Assembly (NCBI GenBank): GCA_040954595.2
Contig: CM082580.2
Location: forward strand, 5,694,783-5,758,782
Length of the DNA: 64,000 nt
From: Balanoglossus misakiensis
Lineage: Eukaryota > Animalia > Hemichordata
Direction: 5' to 3'
A program made the position numbers and the translations under genes. Positions 11,207 through 23,600 of the stretch are shown here, one piece after another. The stretch's first letter is position 1, and each line of letters starts with the position of its first letter. Under the pieces are notes generated by a model. It was given only the letters and a program-made list of their open reading frames with translations. It was not told the DNA's origin and ran no database searches.

Positions 11207-11799
11207 TTCAAATGAAAGACGTCACCACAATCATGTGATCAGAGTGGTGTTTCAAGTGTCTTCATTAAAAATACGCCTTCTCGTTAATGTACATGTATTC
11301 ATTTAAGCATAATGTTATCAATACTTTCCTTCATCAAAACAAACAATGTGCTTCACTGGGGTGTTTATTTCTATTAACATACTCAATTGACTTTTGTTTT
11401 ATTTTTTTAAAAAAGACTACCGCAGTTCTGATTATTGATCTTTCAGTTGACGTGATTTACAACTAATTGTAATACTCCATAGATAACATGGTGATACTTG
11501 TCAAGTTCATCTGCTTCAACCCACCCCTTTTTTCTAACGACTACCAGTACGTAATGGAACTCCACCTCCATATAAGGGCAATGTGACCCTTTATAAACTT
11601 TGTAAGAGGACATGGTGAACAATAAAAGCAATCTGATGTCACGGATCCGCGTATATAATACAGCTCCTAGCAGCATTGGTTAAACGCCTCCCAGTACAGG
11701 CATACTTAATAAGCTTCCTTCGGAGGAAAATTTATTTTTGTACATCGGTCTTACTCACTGCGACAAGACATTAGAAACAGCCTTGGTGTATACCACGGA

Positions 11800-14709
11800 A
11801 TGACAATGTCACTTGAGGTCAAGACGGTTGTTGCAAGGGTACCAGGTGGAGTCAGACCCAACATTAACAACGTATGCAGTTTAATCTTCTGGATTGGTAT
11901 TCTTGCTGTACTCTGCAATAAAACGCCCGCGGCAGCTGGGGAGAGTCCATTACGCCAGTCCACAAGACCGTGTAAAATCTCCCACAGAACTCGCTTGGAC
12001 TGCAGTCTGCAGAATCTACTGGATGTCCCCCAAGACCTGCCTTCGAACCTGACCCACCTTAACCTTCTGGCCAACAACATCACAGAAGTAACAGTGACCA
12101 GTTTCCCGCGACTCTCGCACCTGGTGTCTCTTGAGCTGAGCAGAAACTCCATCTCGCACATCCAGCCGCGCTCCTTCCAAAGACTCGCAAAGCTGGAATA
12201 CTTGGGACTGCTGCGAACTGCCTACGCTTTCACGGGCGGCTTCAACCTATCGCCGGAAGCTTTCAAGGGACTGGGTGAGCTCAGAAACCTCGATCTAACC
12301 TTTGCCGGTTTGAATTCGGTGTCAAAAGAACTATTCCGTCACACCAGGAATTTGCGTACGCTTCGCCTGAGTTACAATTACATCTACGAGATCCCTGAAG
12401 ATGCGTTTTCGAACACTGAGAAGCTGGAACTGTTGGATCTGGGAGGGCTTTTTATCACCTACGTCTCTGACAACACCTTCGCCAAACTCCCAGCGCTACG
12501 CGAGCTGTATCTGAACAATACCATGATGACAAGGCTTCCCCTAGCTGCACTGTCTCCTCTACGGAACCTGGAAATGCTGTTCATCGAAGGCCCCTTTTAC
12601 AGCGTTGACTTTGGCACTGAGCTTCAAAATGCAACCAAGCTTAACGAAGTATCTCTGAACAACTGCTATTACAATGACACGCGTGATTTTGAATCAGGTT
12701 ATTGCGCTGATCTGAAGTTCAATTCATCGGCATTCAGGGATGTCTACACGAGAAGTATCATTCTTAATGAAGTTCAAATGGAAAATCAGGCAATACTTTC
12801 TTTACTTGCCGGACCCTTCTCCCCAGCCACGAAAGAACTGTACGTGGAATTGGTTACCGGGTTGACTCTCAAAACTCTGCATCCCGATCACATTTCTGGC
12901 CTACAGAATTCCTCCATAGAAGTGTTTGACGTGTCTCGCAATGACATCGTGGGTGTGGAAGCGGGGACATTTTCAAATGTCACCAATCTGATCCATTTGA
13001 ACCTGAGCTCGAACGCGTTCTGCCAGTTGAATGAGCATGCCTTCGAGGGCTTAAAAAACCTGCAAGTTCTGGACTTGACTTCGAGCCATATGTTTTCCGT
13101 GCCGAACCTGAAGCCTTTTGCCAACGGCAGTCTGCAGGTGTTGAACATGTCGTTCAACAGTTTGAAGAATCCCATTCCGCCTGATGCATTCACAGTGGTG
13201 CCAACACTGAAAGAATTAAACCTGGCATATTCGTCCCTGTCAGACTTTGCCATTACAGATGGTTGTCTCAAGCACCTTCCAAGTCTGGAAATTCTGAATT
13301 TACGGGGGAATGACCTGATCTTCATTCCCATGATAATAGAAAAATTTCTGCACACCCTGCCGCTGCTACGCAAGTTAGACTTATCAGATAATCGCCACTC
13401 GACTTTCATGAACGGCTATCAGACCACACTGGCCCCCATGAAATCGCTAGAGTCAGTGGATTTCAGTGGGGTCTACCCACAGTTTTGGATCTTTTCTGGT
13501 GTCACATCGCTGAAAGAATTAAAGATGAACGACAACAATGGAATGGCTGGAACTTTCGGTGAATTTTTCAACACCGAATGGGTGAAATACAATCTCTATT
13601 TCCCCGAACTTGAAACTTTGTCCTTGTCTAACTCTGCCATCAGGACTCTCAGCAAAGACGTTTTCAACTCCATGCCAAAGCTACAATACATTGACTTGCG
13701 ACAAAATTTATTGAAATCCGTGGACAGGTCACTGTTTGAACAACTTAATCTACGGCTTTTAGACCTCAGCAACAACCTGATAGAAGAAATGACAGGACCC
13801 ATGTGGAACGGGACAAACATCAACACACTGCTGTTGAACGGTAACAAGTTCACCACGATTGATGAGGCCACAATCAGTCGAGACAGCCTGCCAAACTTGG
13901 AAACACTCGACGCTTCTCAGAACCCGATGATTTGTGACTGTCAACTGGTGTGGTTCCGCACATGGATCGATACGGATGACGTGGTCGACTTGGTCGGATA
14001 CGGCACATACACATGTATGACAGAAAGCGGGTCGCCCATCTTCCTCAGAGACTTCCAGTCGTCGTCACTGCAGTGCTCTCGAGTGTTCCCGCTTATCATC
14101 ACCGTCACGTGCAGCATCGCATTCGTCATTGTGCTGGTCGCGGCAGCCGTGGGCATTTACCACCGGTGGTACATTCGCTACGGCTGCTTCTTGCTGCGTT
14201 CGAGGGTCAAGGGCTACCGGGAAATCTGCGACGAGCACGAGCAGCAGAAACAGTACGACGCGTTCGTGTCGTACAACAGCAAAGATTACGAGTGGGTGAG
14301 GAACACCCTTGTCCCAGTCATAGAAGGTGGTTTCCCTCCGTTCAAACTCTGCACCGACTACAGACACTTCGTGCCCGGGAAGGCCATCTGCGACAACATC
14401 CTAGACAGCATCCACAACAGCCGCAAGACAATCCTGGTCCTGACACCAAACTTTGTGGGCAGCGAATGGTGTTACTACGAGTTTGAGATGGCCCAGCATA
14501 AACTGTTTGAGGAGAGCAGGGACGTGTTGATACTCGTGTCGCTGGAGCCCATCCCCGACGACAGCATGCCAAGGAGGCTCCGCAAACTGTTGTGTAAGAA
14601 AAATTTTATCCAATGGACCGACGATGAAGTGGGCAGGCAACTTTTCTGGGAGAGACTGAGAAGAGCCCTTCAGTCCCCTACAAAAATTAATAGGGTGCAC
14701 CATGTTTAA
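11800..14709 (+). CDS. Toll-like receptor (TLR-D), 969 aa, intronless CDS, divergent from TLR-C
   Basis: Hydrophobic leader, Cys-containing LRRNT (RPCKISHRTRLDCS), LRRs, LRRCT (NPMICDCQLVWF...YTC...QC), TM helix, and TIR (YDAFVSYNS, RHFVPGK, SEWCYYEF, LFWERL). The exact start Met is uncertain. Confidence 0.97.
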   Translation: MTMSLEVKTVVARVPGGVRPNINNVCSLIFWIGILAVLCNKTPAAAGESPLRQSTRPCKISHRTRLDCSLQNLLDVPQDLPSNLTHLNLLANNITEVTVTSFPRLSHLVSLELSRNSISHIQPRSFQRLAKLEYLGLLRTAYAFTGGFNLSPEAFKGLGELRNLDLTFAGLNSVSKELFRHTRNLRTLRLSYNYIYEIPEDAFSNTEKLELLDLGGLFITYVSDNTFAKLPALRELYLNNTMMTRLPLAALSPLRNLEMLFIEGPFYSVDFGTELQNATKLNEVSLNNCYYNDTRDFESGYCADLKFNSSAFRDVYTRSIILNEVQMENQAILSLLAGPFSPATKELYVELVTGLTLKTLHPDHISGLQNSSIEVFDVSRNDIVGVEAGTFSNVTNLIHLNLSSNAFCQLNEHAFEGLKNLQVLDLTSSHMFSVPNLKPFANGSLQVLNMSFNSLKNPIPPDAFTVVPTLKELNLAYSSLSDFAITDGCLKHLPSLEILNLRGNDLIFIPMIIEKFLHTLPLLRKLDLSDNRHSTFMNGYQTTLAPMKSLESVDFSGVYPQFWIFSGVTSLKELKMNDNNGMAGTFGEFFNTEWVKYNLYFPELETLSLSNSAIRTLSKDVFNSMPKLQYIDLRQNLLKSVDRSLFEQLNLRLLDLSNNLIEEMTGPMWNGTNINTLLLNGNKFTTIDEATISRDSLPNLETLDASQNPMICDCQLVWFRTWIDTDDVVDLVGYGTYTCMTESGSPIFLRDFQSSSLQCSRVFPLIITVTCSIAFVIVLVAAAVGIYHRWYIRYGCFLLRSRVKGYREICDEHEQQKQYDAFVSYNSKDYEWVRNTLVPVIEGGFPPFKLCTDYRHFVPGKAICDNILDSIHNSRKTILVLTPNFVGSEWCYYEFEMAQHKLFEESRDVLILVSLEPIPDDSMPRRLRKLLCKKNFIQWTDDEVGRQLFWERLRRALQSPTKINRVHHV

Positions 14710-17700
14710 ATTTACTACAGATTGAACAACTACAAGTAGATGTGAAAATAACAAGTTTAGATTTTTTGAAAGTAGATTTTGGCATTAAAAGGGTTACAGT
14801 CAGTAAGATTTTTTTTTCAAAGCTGTTTATCCTGACATTTTAAAACTGAGTATATTAATGTTGGTGTGCTGATTTCTATTACGGCCATATTCCACAATTA
14901 CCATCATGTATTATAACATGTCAATATCATCACAAACTATTATGTCTAGCTGGTGTTTCACAACCAGAATAATGTAGAACAGAAAAAAAATATAGTTAAA
15001 AGAACACAAGCAACAACAAAAACTTATAAATAGTCATAAATATATGCCTGACATTACAGCATGCTTTGAAACTGAAACCCCATAATTTTTTGTGTGTTTT
15101 TAGATTATTTTATCTTTTTTTAAAAGTTCAACACAATTTTATTGTAAATATTCAAAGTACATTTTATACAATACAATTAAATGTTTTGCTTGATATATTC
15201 CCACTCAAACAAAACCTTGTGTGAGAGAGTTTCCCTTGTGTGAAATGCGTGATAACACAATACTTGATCTCCTTCGAAAAGAAGACAGCATTTTCATCAA
15301 ACACTTTTACACGGCCAATTTTTCAATTTAAGTTATCACTTCTTAAAATTGAACATTACATTTGTACTCTGCACGCCATTGGGTACAAAATAAGAAATCA
15401 GAGTTGATCCACAGAACAAAAATCCAGAAAAAAATACAGCTACTGTTCCTTGTAACGGTTTCACAGGGTATTTCCTGACAAGAATTTACCATACAGGAAA
15501 CTAACATTTTCACTGCAATTAACAAAGCCAGTGAAAACCAGTTTTTCAGAAATATGATACAAATATCTTCCAAGATATCACAGAAGGAGTTTGCAGATAC
15601 GTGAAACCAACCACCTAGACCAAGCCAGATTATCATGTCTACTGCTGCTAATTTTGCTTCCAGTAGAATCATTTTTGACTTTTGGAAGATTTTGGTTGTC
15701 ACATGAAAGACAAAAGTTTGAAATTTTTCATTCAACCATCAAATTTAATTTTGATTTCTAAGCTGACTTTGTACACTGTAAGCAGCCATATCTATGGCAA
15801 TATCATGTAGATGCAATTGCAATGTGGTAAAAGTGAACTGGCCTATCGTATATCAGGAAGTGATATTTTTATTTTTAAATTCTTATTTAGGACAGTGGAG
15901 TTAACCCAACAGCTTGTCCTGGTGGGACATCTGTTATCCCTACAGCTCAACCAGCACAGACAACTGTGTGAATAAAGTTGGTGTTCTAAGGTAACTTTCA
16001 GTGGGTGCGTAAGGGAGGTTGGGATTGTAGCAAACATCAGAAATCACAGAATTCAGTTCTTTTCAAGTTTCACCATAAAAAAATTGCTGTGAGTGAAAGT
16101 ACGAAAGGATTTATTATTGAAATTATTATCAACACTTGAAACCAGACATTGTCTACTTCCTTTTGTAAAAGCCTATGGAAGGATGTAAATTTGTGATAAC
16201 ATTTGTGTTAGTTTTGACTAGACAGGAAATAAGTTTTACTTGTTCTAAGACTAGCACACATATGGTGGAAAGATAAAGATTTGAAGTATTATATTTTGAA
16301 TGCTACCTTAAACTGCAATAACCTCTTACTAAATTTTACAAATGCATAGCACAATTAGCAATGGCTATTCAGCCAGCTGATTTACATCTACAGATTGTGA
16401 ACAAGTACGAACAAGACTCAACAGAGGGCGCTGTCAGCATCAAGCTAAAGGAAAGTAGAAGTCAACATTTTATTTGCCCAATGTTTTCATCAAAGTGACA
16501 TGCATCTACAGATAAAGGTTGGTATCAGAGTCATACAGATAAATTTTATTCAATTATCGGTATAGATTACTGGCAACATTGACAAAGTTTGTATAATCCT
16601 TTGTATCATATAAACCCATGTTCAGACTGAAAAAAGTACTTTGGGCTAGTCCACAAACTCACAGATAATACATCATGTAACATGGCTTGGATCACATCAA
16701 CATAACAGGCTTTAATTAAACACAGTACATGTCATGCCAAACACCTGGTCATGCAACAGTGTTTAGACAGAAAACCTTAATTTTGATGTTTCATTTTATT
16801 ATCTGGCAAACACTTTGATGTCCACGGGTTGTTTAGGAAGCATGGTGAAAAGCGCCACCAAGAGGTCAAATTGAAAGTTCTGTTTCTAATGACACTATGC
16901 ATGGGGTTTTATAAATCTATAATGCAGGGGCTATACCCAAACTTCTGTGATGCCTATCAAATGGTATTCTTTTCCACAATGTCAAATTTTTCTACCATTG
17001 TGAGCTTTTTAGCTCAATATTATTATGGTTAAATATCCACAAAAGAAAATATACAGACGGCACCATTTAGGATCTGTAGTACAACAGGAAACCTGTCTGA
17101 ACAAGAACATTCCAAAGTTACATATTCTAAAGTTCATTGAAATCTACACTTTATCATCAACAATTGCTCTATTGTGTTTTATCTCGGGAGTGTGAACAAA
17201 AACAAAATCCCCAATGCTGCTTTGCAATCATTATCAATTCATTTTGACACAATGGTGATCAATTAGTGAACAGTGCGGTTTCAAGATCTGGAAGCACATC
17301 TTTGATAGCTTTTTTTGGGGGAGGGAGAGGTACTGGATCTAAAAGGATTTCCTCAACCCTGCAGATAGGATACTGGATGGCCTTGGTGTCTCAGACTACT
17401 GTCAGACCAAGACATCATATGGATATTAATCATAACTCCGCATTGATGAGCATACCTAGGTACAGTACATACACACTTGGATTACATGCTCTTCAACCAG
17501 TCCCAGCAGGCACTATGTCATGCCTGAGCCACGATAACCTTTATTTTTATCAACATGCCTCATTTCCTGCAAGTACTCCGTTGATAATGTTGACAAGTTG
17601 GCCTTTCCAGTCATACGTGAATGGATGGAGAGCACTCCCTATAACATTATATTTTACATCCAACAAAACACATGTTCACACCCATGTTTTCTGATATTCT

Positions 17701-20621
17701 TTAGATCTAATGTGACAGGTAGGTATAATCATAGCAGCCATAATTATTGTCCTACATAAAACTGTGAACAAAGACACTATATGCTATTTGAGGAATAAAG
17801 GGCTTGGTAATAGATGGATGTAATTTGACATAATCTGTCAATTAAGAGATTCTGTGACGCAGAAAATAAGTCAGTTGATAGCTCCATAAACATTACATTA
17901 ATATGCAAAATCCACAAAAGGTGCCTAGGTGTAGACGGCACCAAATTTTTTCCCAAAGGCACTGACAGGACAGACAACACATTACACACATACTTGAACG
18001 ATACCAGAGGCAAGGATGGCTTTCACACTGCAATTCCAAGTGTTTACACTGGTGAAATGAGTCTAGCCAATTCTCAATGATCTCATTCTTGGCCAAAGAA
18101 GGTCAAATAATACTCTAGTGACACACAACCGTACTAGGAAGGTAAAAGTGATGGATGTACAGCCCCGTTCCTCCCATAGTTCTACTCTCGTCAATCATTC
18201 TGCATCTTGCATCCCCCTCTGTAACAGCAAGCACATCTGTTCAGCCCATCAAAATCGTATAACCAAGATTGAAACAATTGCAATTCCAATGTGAGTATCA
18301 AGACATAATGCTTTCTGGATGACCATCAACAGGAAGAGAGGGTATGCTGTATTCTAAATGCCAGACAAAACCACAGTCAATGAATTTGGTCACACGCAAT
18401 GGACATTTGATTTTTTGTTAGTTACCGTGACATGGCTTTTCAAACTTCTCCAAATGACCTTTCACATTACAGCTTTTATGAATCCAATGTGGGGAAGAAG
18501 ATATCATCTTACATTTTTTGAGTGTGTAAAATTATAAAGACACTGCCAATATAATTTGAAATATGGACGAACTTTTGCTCTGTACTCACTAGCTTATATT
18601 GGCAATTTACATGTATTTGATCAGGGTTTTTTCTGCTGAAGACAGAAAGACCATTTTAAAATATTATCAAAGAATGTATGATTATAATTTTCAAATTTCA
18701 ATAGTAGACATTCTCCAAGATCTCATGGCAGAAACAGCAACATAGCATATATGTAAAATGTAATGTATGCCTATTTATTATCTCAATAAATACAAGAGAC
18801 AGATATGTGATGTCCCACAGAAATGTTACTTATGGTGACTTCAAACTTACAGATTGACCTCTCGTAAAAGAACAAACATAGAAATTCCTGTTGGTGAGTG
18901 ACAGCAATGGGTTTCATACAGGTCAGGGTCAAGGGTCAATACAATGACCCCTCGTATACGGATGTACACACCGTATGTACCAGTAGCAACCGCCAAACCA
19001 CAATAAAACATGTTTAAAATACTGTACGAGAATAGATCCATGGACTGATCGGTTCTGCCCAAATGGAAAACAGGCTTTCCCTTAGCAGTCAGAGATGAGA
19101 CGAATGATGTACAAGTACCCCTTCGCAGTTCTCAGTGAACTGCTGACAAGCACATTGCAAATCCCGAGGTGGCTGACAAAACACACAAACACTGGCCAAA
19201 GGTGGAATTTAAAGGCAACATGACAGATTGGTTCATTCATCCAAATATTCCTGGGATTTGCAATTCATTACTGAGCAGACTGCCCTTGTTTAGTGATATG
19301 TCCCAGACACACAAACAACCACATCCCTACAGTATAAATTTCCTGTTTGTTGTTCACACTTTGACCCTACTGTCCTTGGGTGTGATAGAGCAGACGTAAT
19401 CAATACTTGTGTATATACACACACATACATGTACAAATGATTTCAAGGCTCGTCTCAGTACCATACATATGAACAGAAGACACACAATCATAAATTAAAG
19501 AGGTTTTCTGACTATTAACAGTTATGCTCATTTTATAGATTATGCATTATATTAAACAGCATTGGCAATGTCAAAGCTCCACCCCGACAACAATTACATA
19601 ATCTAACTGTTGTCATTTACATGCTGTTATCACACAAGTGTTAAAAATACAAATTGCTATTTTGATCTGGTTTATTCATGCTGTGTGACACATGTACAAT
19701 CAGCAATACTGTAATTCATCAAAATCACATATGGCTGATGATTTTACTTACAACATACAAACATATGTTTGAAACGTAGGTGTACACCAACATAAAAGCA
19801 GTTATGTACCATAGCAATATCTGATCTATCATATAATAGAAGATGAATTGCAGGATGATACAGTCTTATTAACTACAAGCCTGTCAGTAGTTTACAACAA
19901 TAGCTTGTAATCGCTTCTTGTACGACATACCCTAAAGGGATTTTTTTAAATTACCGGTAATAATAATTCCGTTTTAATAATTTACGACTCTTTCAATGGG
20001 TCTGTGAGTGCACTTTCAATTTTATTGGTATTTTATTACTACCTGTGACTTTATCAAGTTAGCTCTCATTCCCACTAAAATTATCTTTGAGTTGAGGAGA
20101 AATTTATGGCGTGCCTGTAAGTATTTGATTTGTACAGTCAATTCATGAACTTGTCACAACCCCGCCCAGTATCTATTCAAGGAATTACACTCATGGTGTT
20201 CTGAGTATCACCATTTCTATGACTGCGTTAAGCTCACTTGACATCACTGTGCGAAGTCCCCCACCACCACCACCACACCCATTCATATTCATACTCAGCA
20301 AATCCCCAGTGCAAGTCTCATATTAATGCATGGAGTGACCTGCGATCTACTTTTACCAACTCATCAACATCAATCTTTCTAGGAGTGGAGGCAGCTGTGT
20401 TCATTGGGATAGTCAGTTTTCACATTACAAACACCCTGTGGCAGAAATCCCAGATGAGCGAAATGCATTCCAAAAGTGGGTTCCTTGAGCAATGTACTGT
20501 CACTGCAAATTTGCACTCAGAGAAATTTTTCATAAAAGTGACACTCTGACCATGAGGGGAGTCAATGACCAAAATGAATAACATCATACAGCATTGGTAT
20601 GGACGCGTCCTCTTTGTGTTA

Positions 20622-20670
20622 AATACAGAGAAACTGTTTTCCTTGCACTGAATACAGAGAAACTGTTTTC
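20622..20670. repeat. Local direct duplication of a 20-mer
   Basis: aatacagagaaactgttttc at 20622-20641 and 20651-20670. Confidence 0.8.
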
Positions 20671-23600
20671 TATTTTTACGAATCGAAGGTCTTTACAACT
20701 TGTTTTCACAAAATGGTGCTATTAAAACTTCCACACTCACCACGTTAGACTTGCACACTAACAATGCTTGAAGCACATGACATGCAATGCTACCATGTGA
20801 AATATACCAAGCAACTACCTCTGCCACCAATTTCACCATTTCTCAAAAGCACGCTGACCTTTCTGAACTCTACATGCTCTGAGAAATCTTGTCACTGTGG
20901 TCATGGCTGAACAAAGACAGTCAGGTGAAGGTCAAATGTACTACTTCCCTCTGAAATACATCTATTGTTAGAAAGTGAGGTTGTTTACCAGTCAGTGTAT
21001 CCATAGAATGAGAGTCATGGTCAGTATGGCTCTTATCAGTCTGCTTTGACAAGATCTCAACGTAATTTATTTTTCACAATTACTTCCATTTATCATGGAT
21101 TGTGATAGCATCTGACATATAGGGTACTTGATTAGGGGACTGACCAATCGAGGTATAAAAACCAATTTGAGCAAAATAAGATGGGTGTGGCTTCCATAAC
21201 ATTGTTTGTATAAATGGACACATTGAGGACATGAAATACTCATCAGAACTAACTGTTAGAATTTAATTAGAACCAAACAGCAAGTGTACCGCACATCTCA
21301 TTCTAACTTTTGATTTGACAACTTGAGTCTTCTGAGAAAACTTTTGATTGATCTTGAGTTTGCGATCAAAAGTTTGCTTTTGAATATAAAATGTTTTGCA
21401 CTTTGCAGCTTCTGAACATGACCCAAGCTAGAATTCACAAGAAAGGTGGTAATTCTTCAGAGATATCAGCAATCAGGCTAAAGGGGCACAAACGCTTTCA
21501 CTTATCGACACCTCTCTTATTTTAATATGCAAAGCACACAATGTCACATCCTGAAGGCTGAAGCAGTAAAAGCATCTTCAGTGTAGTGGCAAGAATGTTT
21601 TCCCACACACATATGTACAATGGCGCGGGAGGGTTCCCCCGACCTTTGACTTCGCGGTCACCCTAACCCTACCCACGCTGGTGCATGAAACAAAGGGCAT
21701 AAAAAGAAACACGAGTAACATTACAAATCTCGACCACATGGCTCTTTTTGAAGTGGCTTTGTCATACGCGAAAAGGGGGAAAGTTAAAACCACTAAGAAA
21801 TGAGTCAGCGTTACAAAGACGAGCATACCACCGAGCGCTCAGATATCAAAGAATGGGCCACGCTACAAGAAGCACAATTACGCTCTCCAGTTCTTGTATA
21901 TTTTCAGCGATACTTTTAAGACTCAACATCCGAATCACTTGTTAACATCTCTACACGAGAACCACTTCAGTGCATGAACGTGTATGACATAAATATTATC
22001 AGAACGTCACTCCCCAAGTTGTATCGCATTCGCAGCATGGTAATGGTGAAATTGGAAGGATTCCAAAGACAGGCTACAGAACATTAGCAGGACGCTGCAT
22101 GTACGTCATTGACACAGACAGTAAACATGCACATTTGATCGCAAATAGCATCTACATTGTATTTTTGATAGTAAGATCTTACGAAGAAGACATCATCTGG
22201 AAATGCTGGCTGAGCCAGTCTAATGCCAGAGTACTGAACACTGCAGCTGCTGCTATTCCTTTGCTATTTCACTCCTAACTACAAAATATAACCAAAGAAA
22301 TGGGTCCAGTGATCATTGATTGACAGAAAACCTCATTACCAATGAACCCCCCCCCCCACCCCAAAGCTTTCTTTGATGGCTTCCACGTACCATAACCAGA
22401 ATATCATTATGTCCATGACTTCCAATACAGAATTCTTCCACTATAGAACTGCAAAGAGGATTGGCATAGTCATAGTGGCTATGTACAAGTTCTAATTTAT
22501 CACTTACCATAGAACTGCATAAAACTATTGGAATAAAATATTGGAATGGTGTCTGTTTTAATGGATTCGTTCCATGTAATCACACACTTAGAGATAAAAC
22601 TGAATCTGTCAAACAGCACTACAATCCCAAACTTTCAACGGGGTGATATATTCTCCAAACACTATTTGACAAATGACTGTGAAATAATTGATTAATACAT
22701 CACATCCTACATTTGGCTGTGCAGGAAGGCATGTAAATTCACAATGCGACATTTAGGAAACCATTTTAGTTCCCTTTCCTGTCGTTTGGCCATGTATCAT
22801 TTGCCGACTTCCTCCAAATGCAGATTTCTACATTCACGTTATTTCCAATTCTGAGTAAAAGCATACAATTTTAAAGAGGTAATTTAATGGTATAAAACCA
22901 GCAGACATCCTAAATTATATTCACAAAAGGGTAATTTCCTTTATAAAGTTTAGAAAAATCAGTCTGACATTCAAAGATTACTATATGATACTCTATGTGT
23001 ACAGTAAATAATCATAATGACTCCGTGAGTACGAGGAGTACATCATGTATGCCAACTTATCAACTATGAGATTGGGAAAGCGTGCATGAAATGTGGAATA
23101 CCAGAGTTTGATTTGAACAACCTGACCCCAAAGTAGGAGCAAACTGACAAGTTCTAATCTGTCAACAATGCAACACTGGTGAACTGTGAACATATTCTGC
23201 GGACCATTTATCAAACAAACAGACACGTCCCACACACTAACATTCAATGAACTCTGAACTTTAGCCTATTCGACATGTTTGTCTGACATGACGTGGCCTA
23301 CATGTACACATCAACCCCCTTTTTTTGTCCAAAAATCAAAAGTTACAGATGAAAACAACTGACAGTGACGCTACCCAAGTTAGTGTGTCCATGTTTATGA
23401 GCAAAATCACATTGTATTCCTTTACCACAGGAGCACTGAATACTTTGCAATATACACATAGAACCAAAATTCATTTTATACAAAGATGATGGTATTAACC
23501 TTGGCATACAGACCAAAAAAAGAAACCGGAAAGAACCACGACAAACAGATACCAGCAGATGTGAACACAGCCACGATGAAATCAACATAGTTAATTCAAT

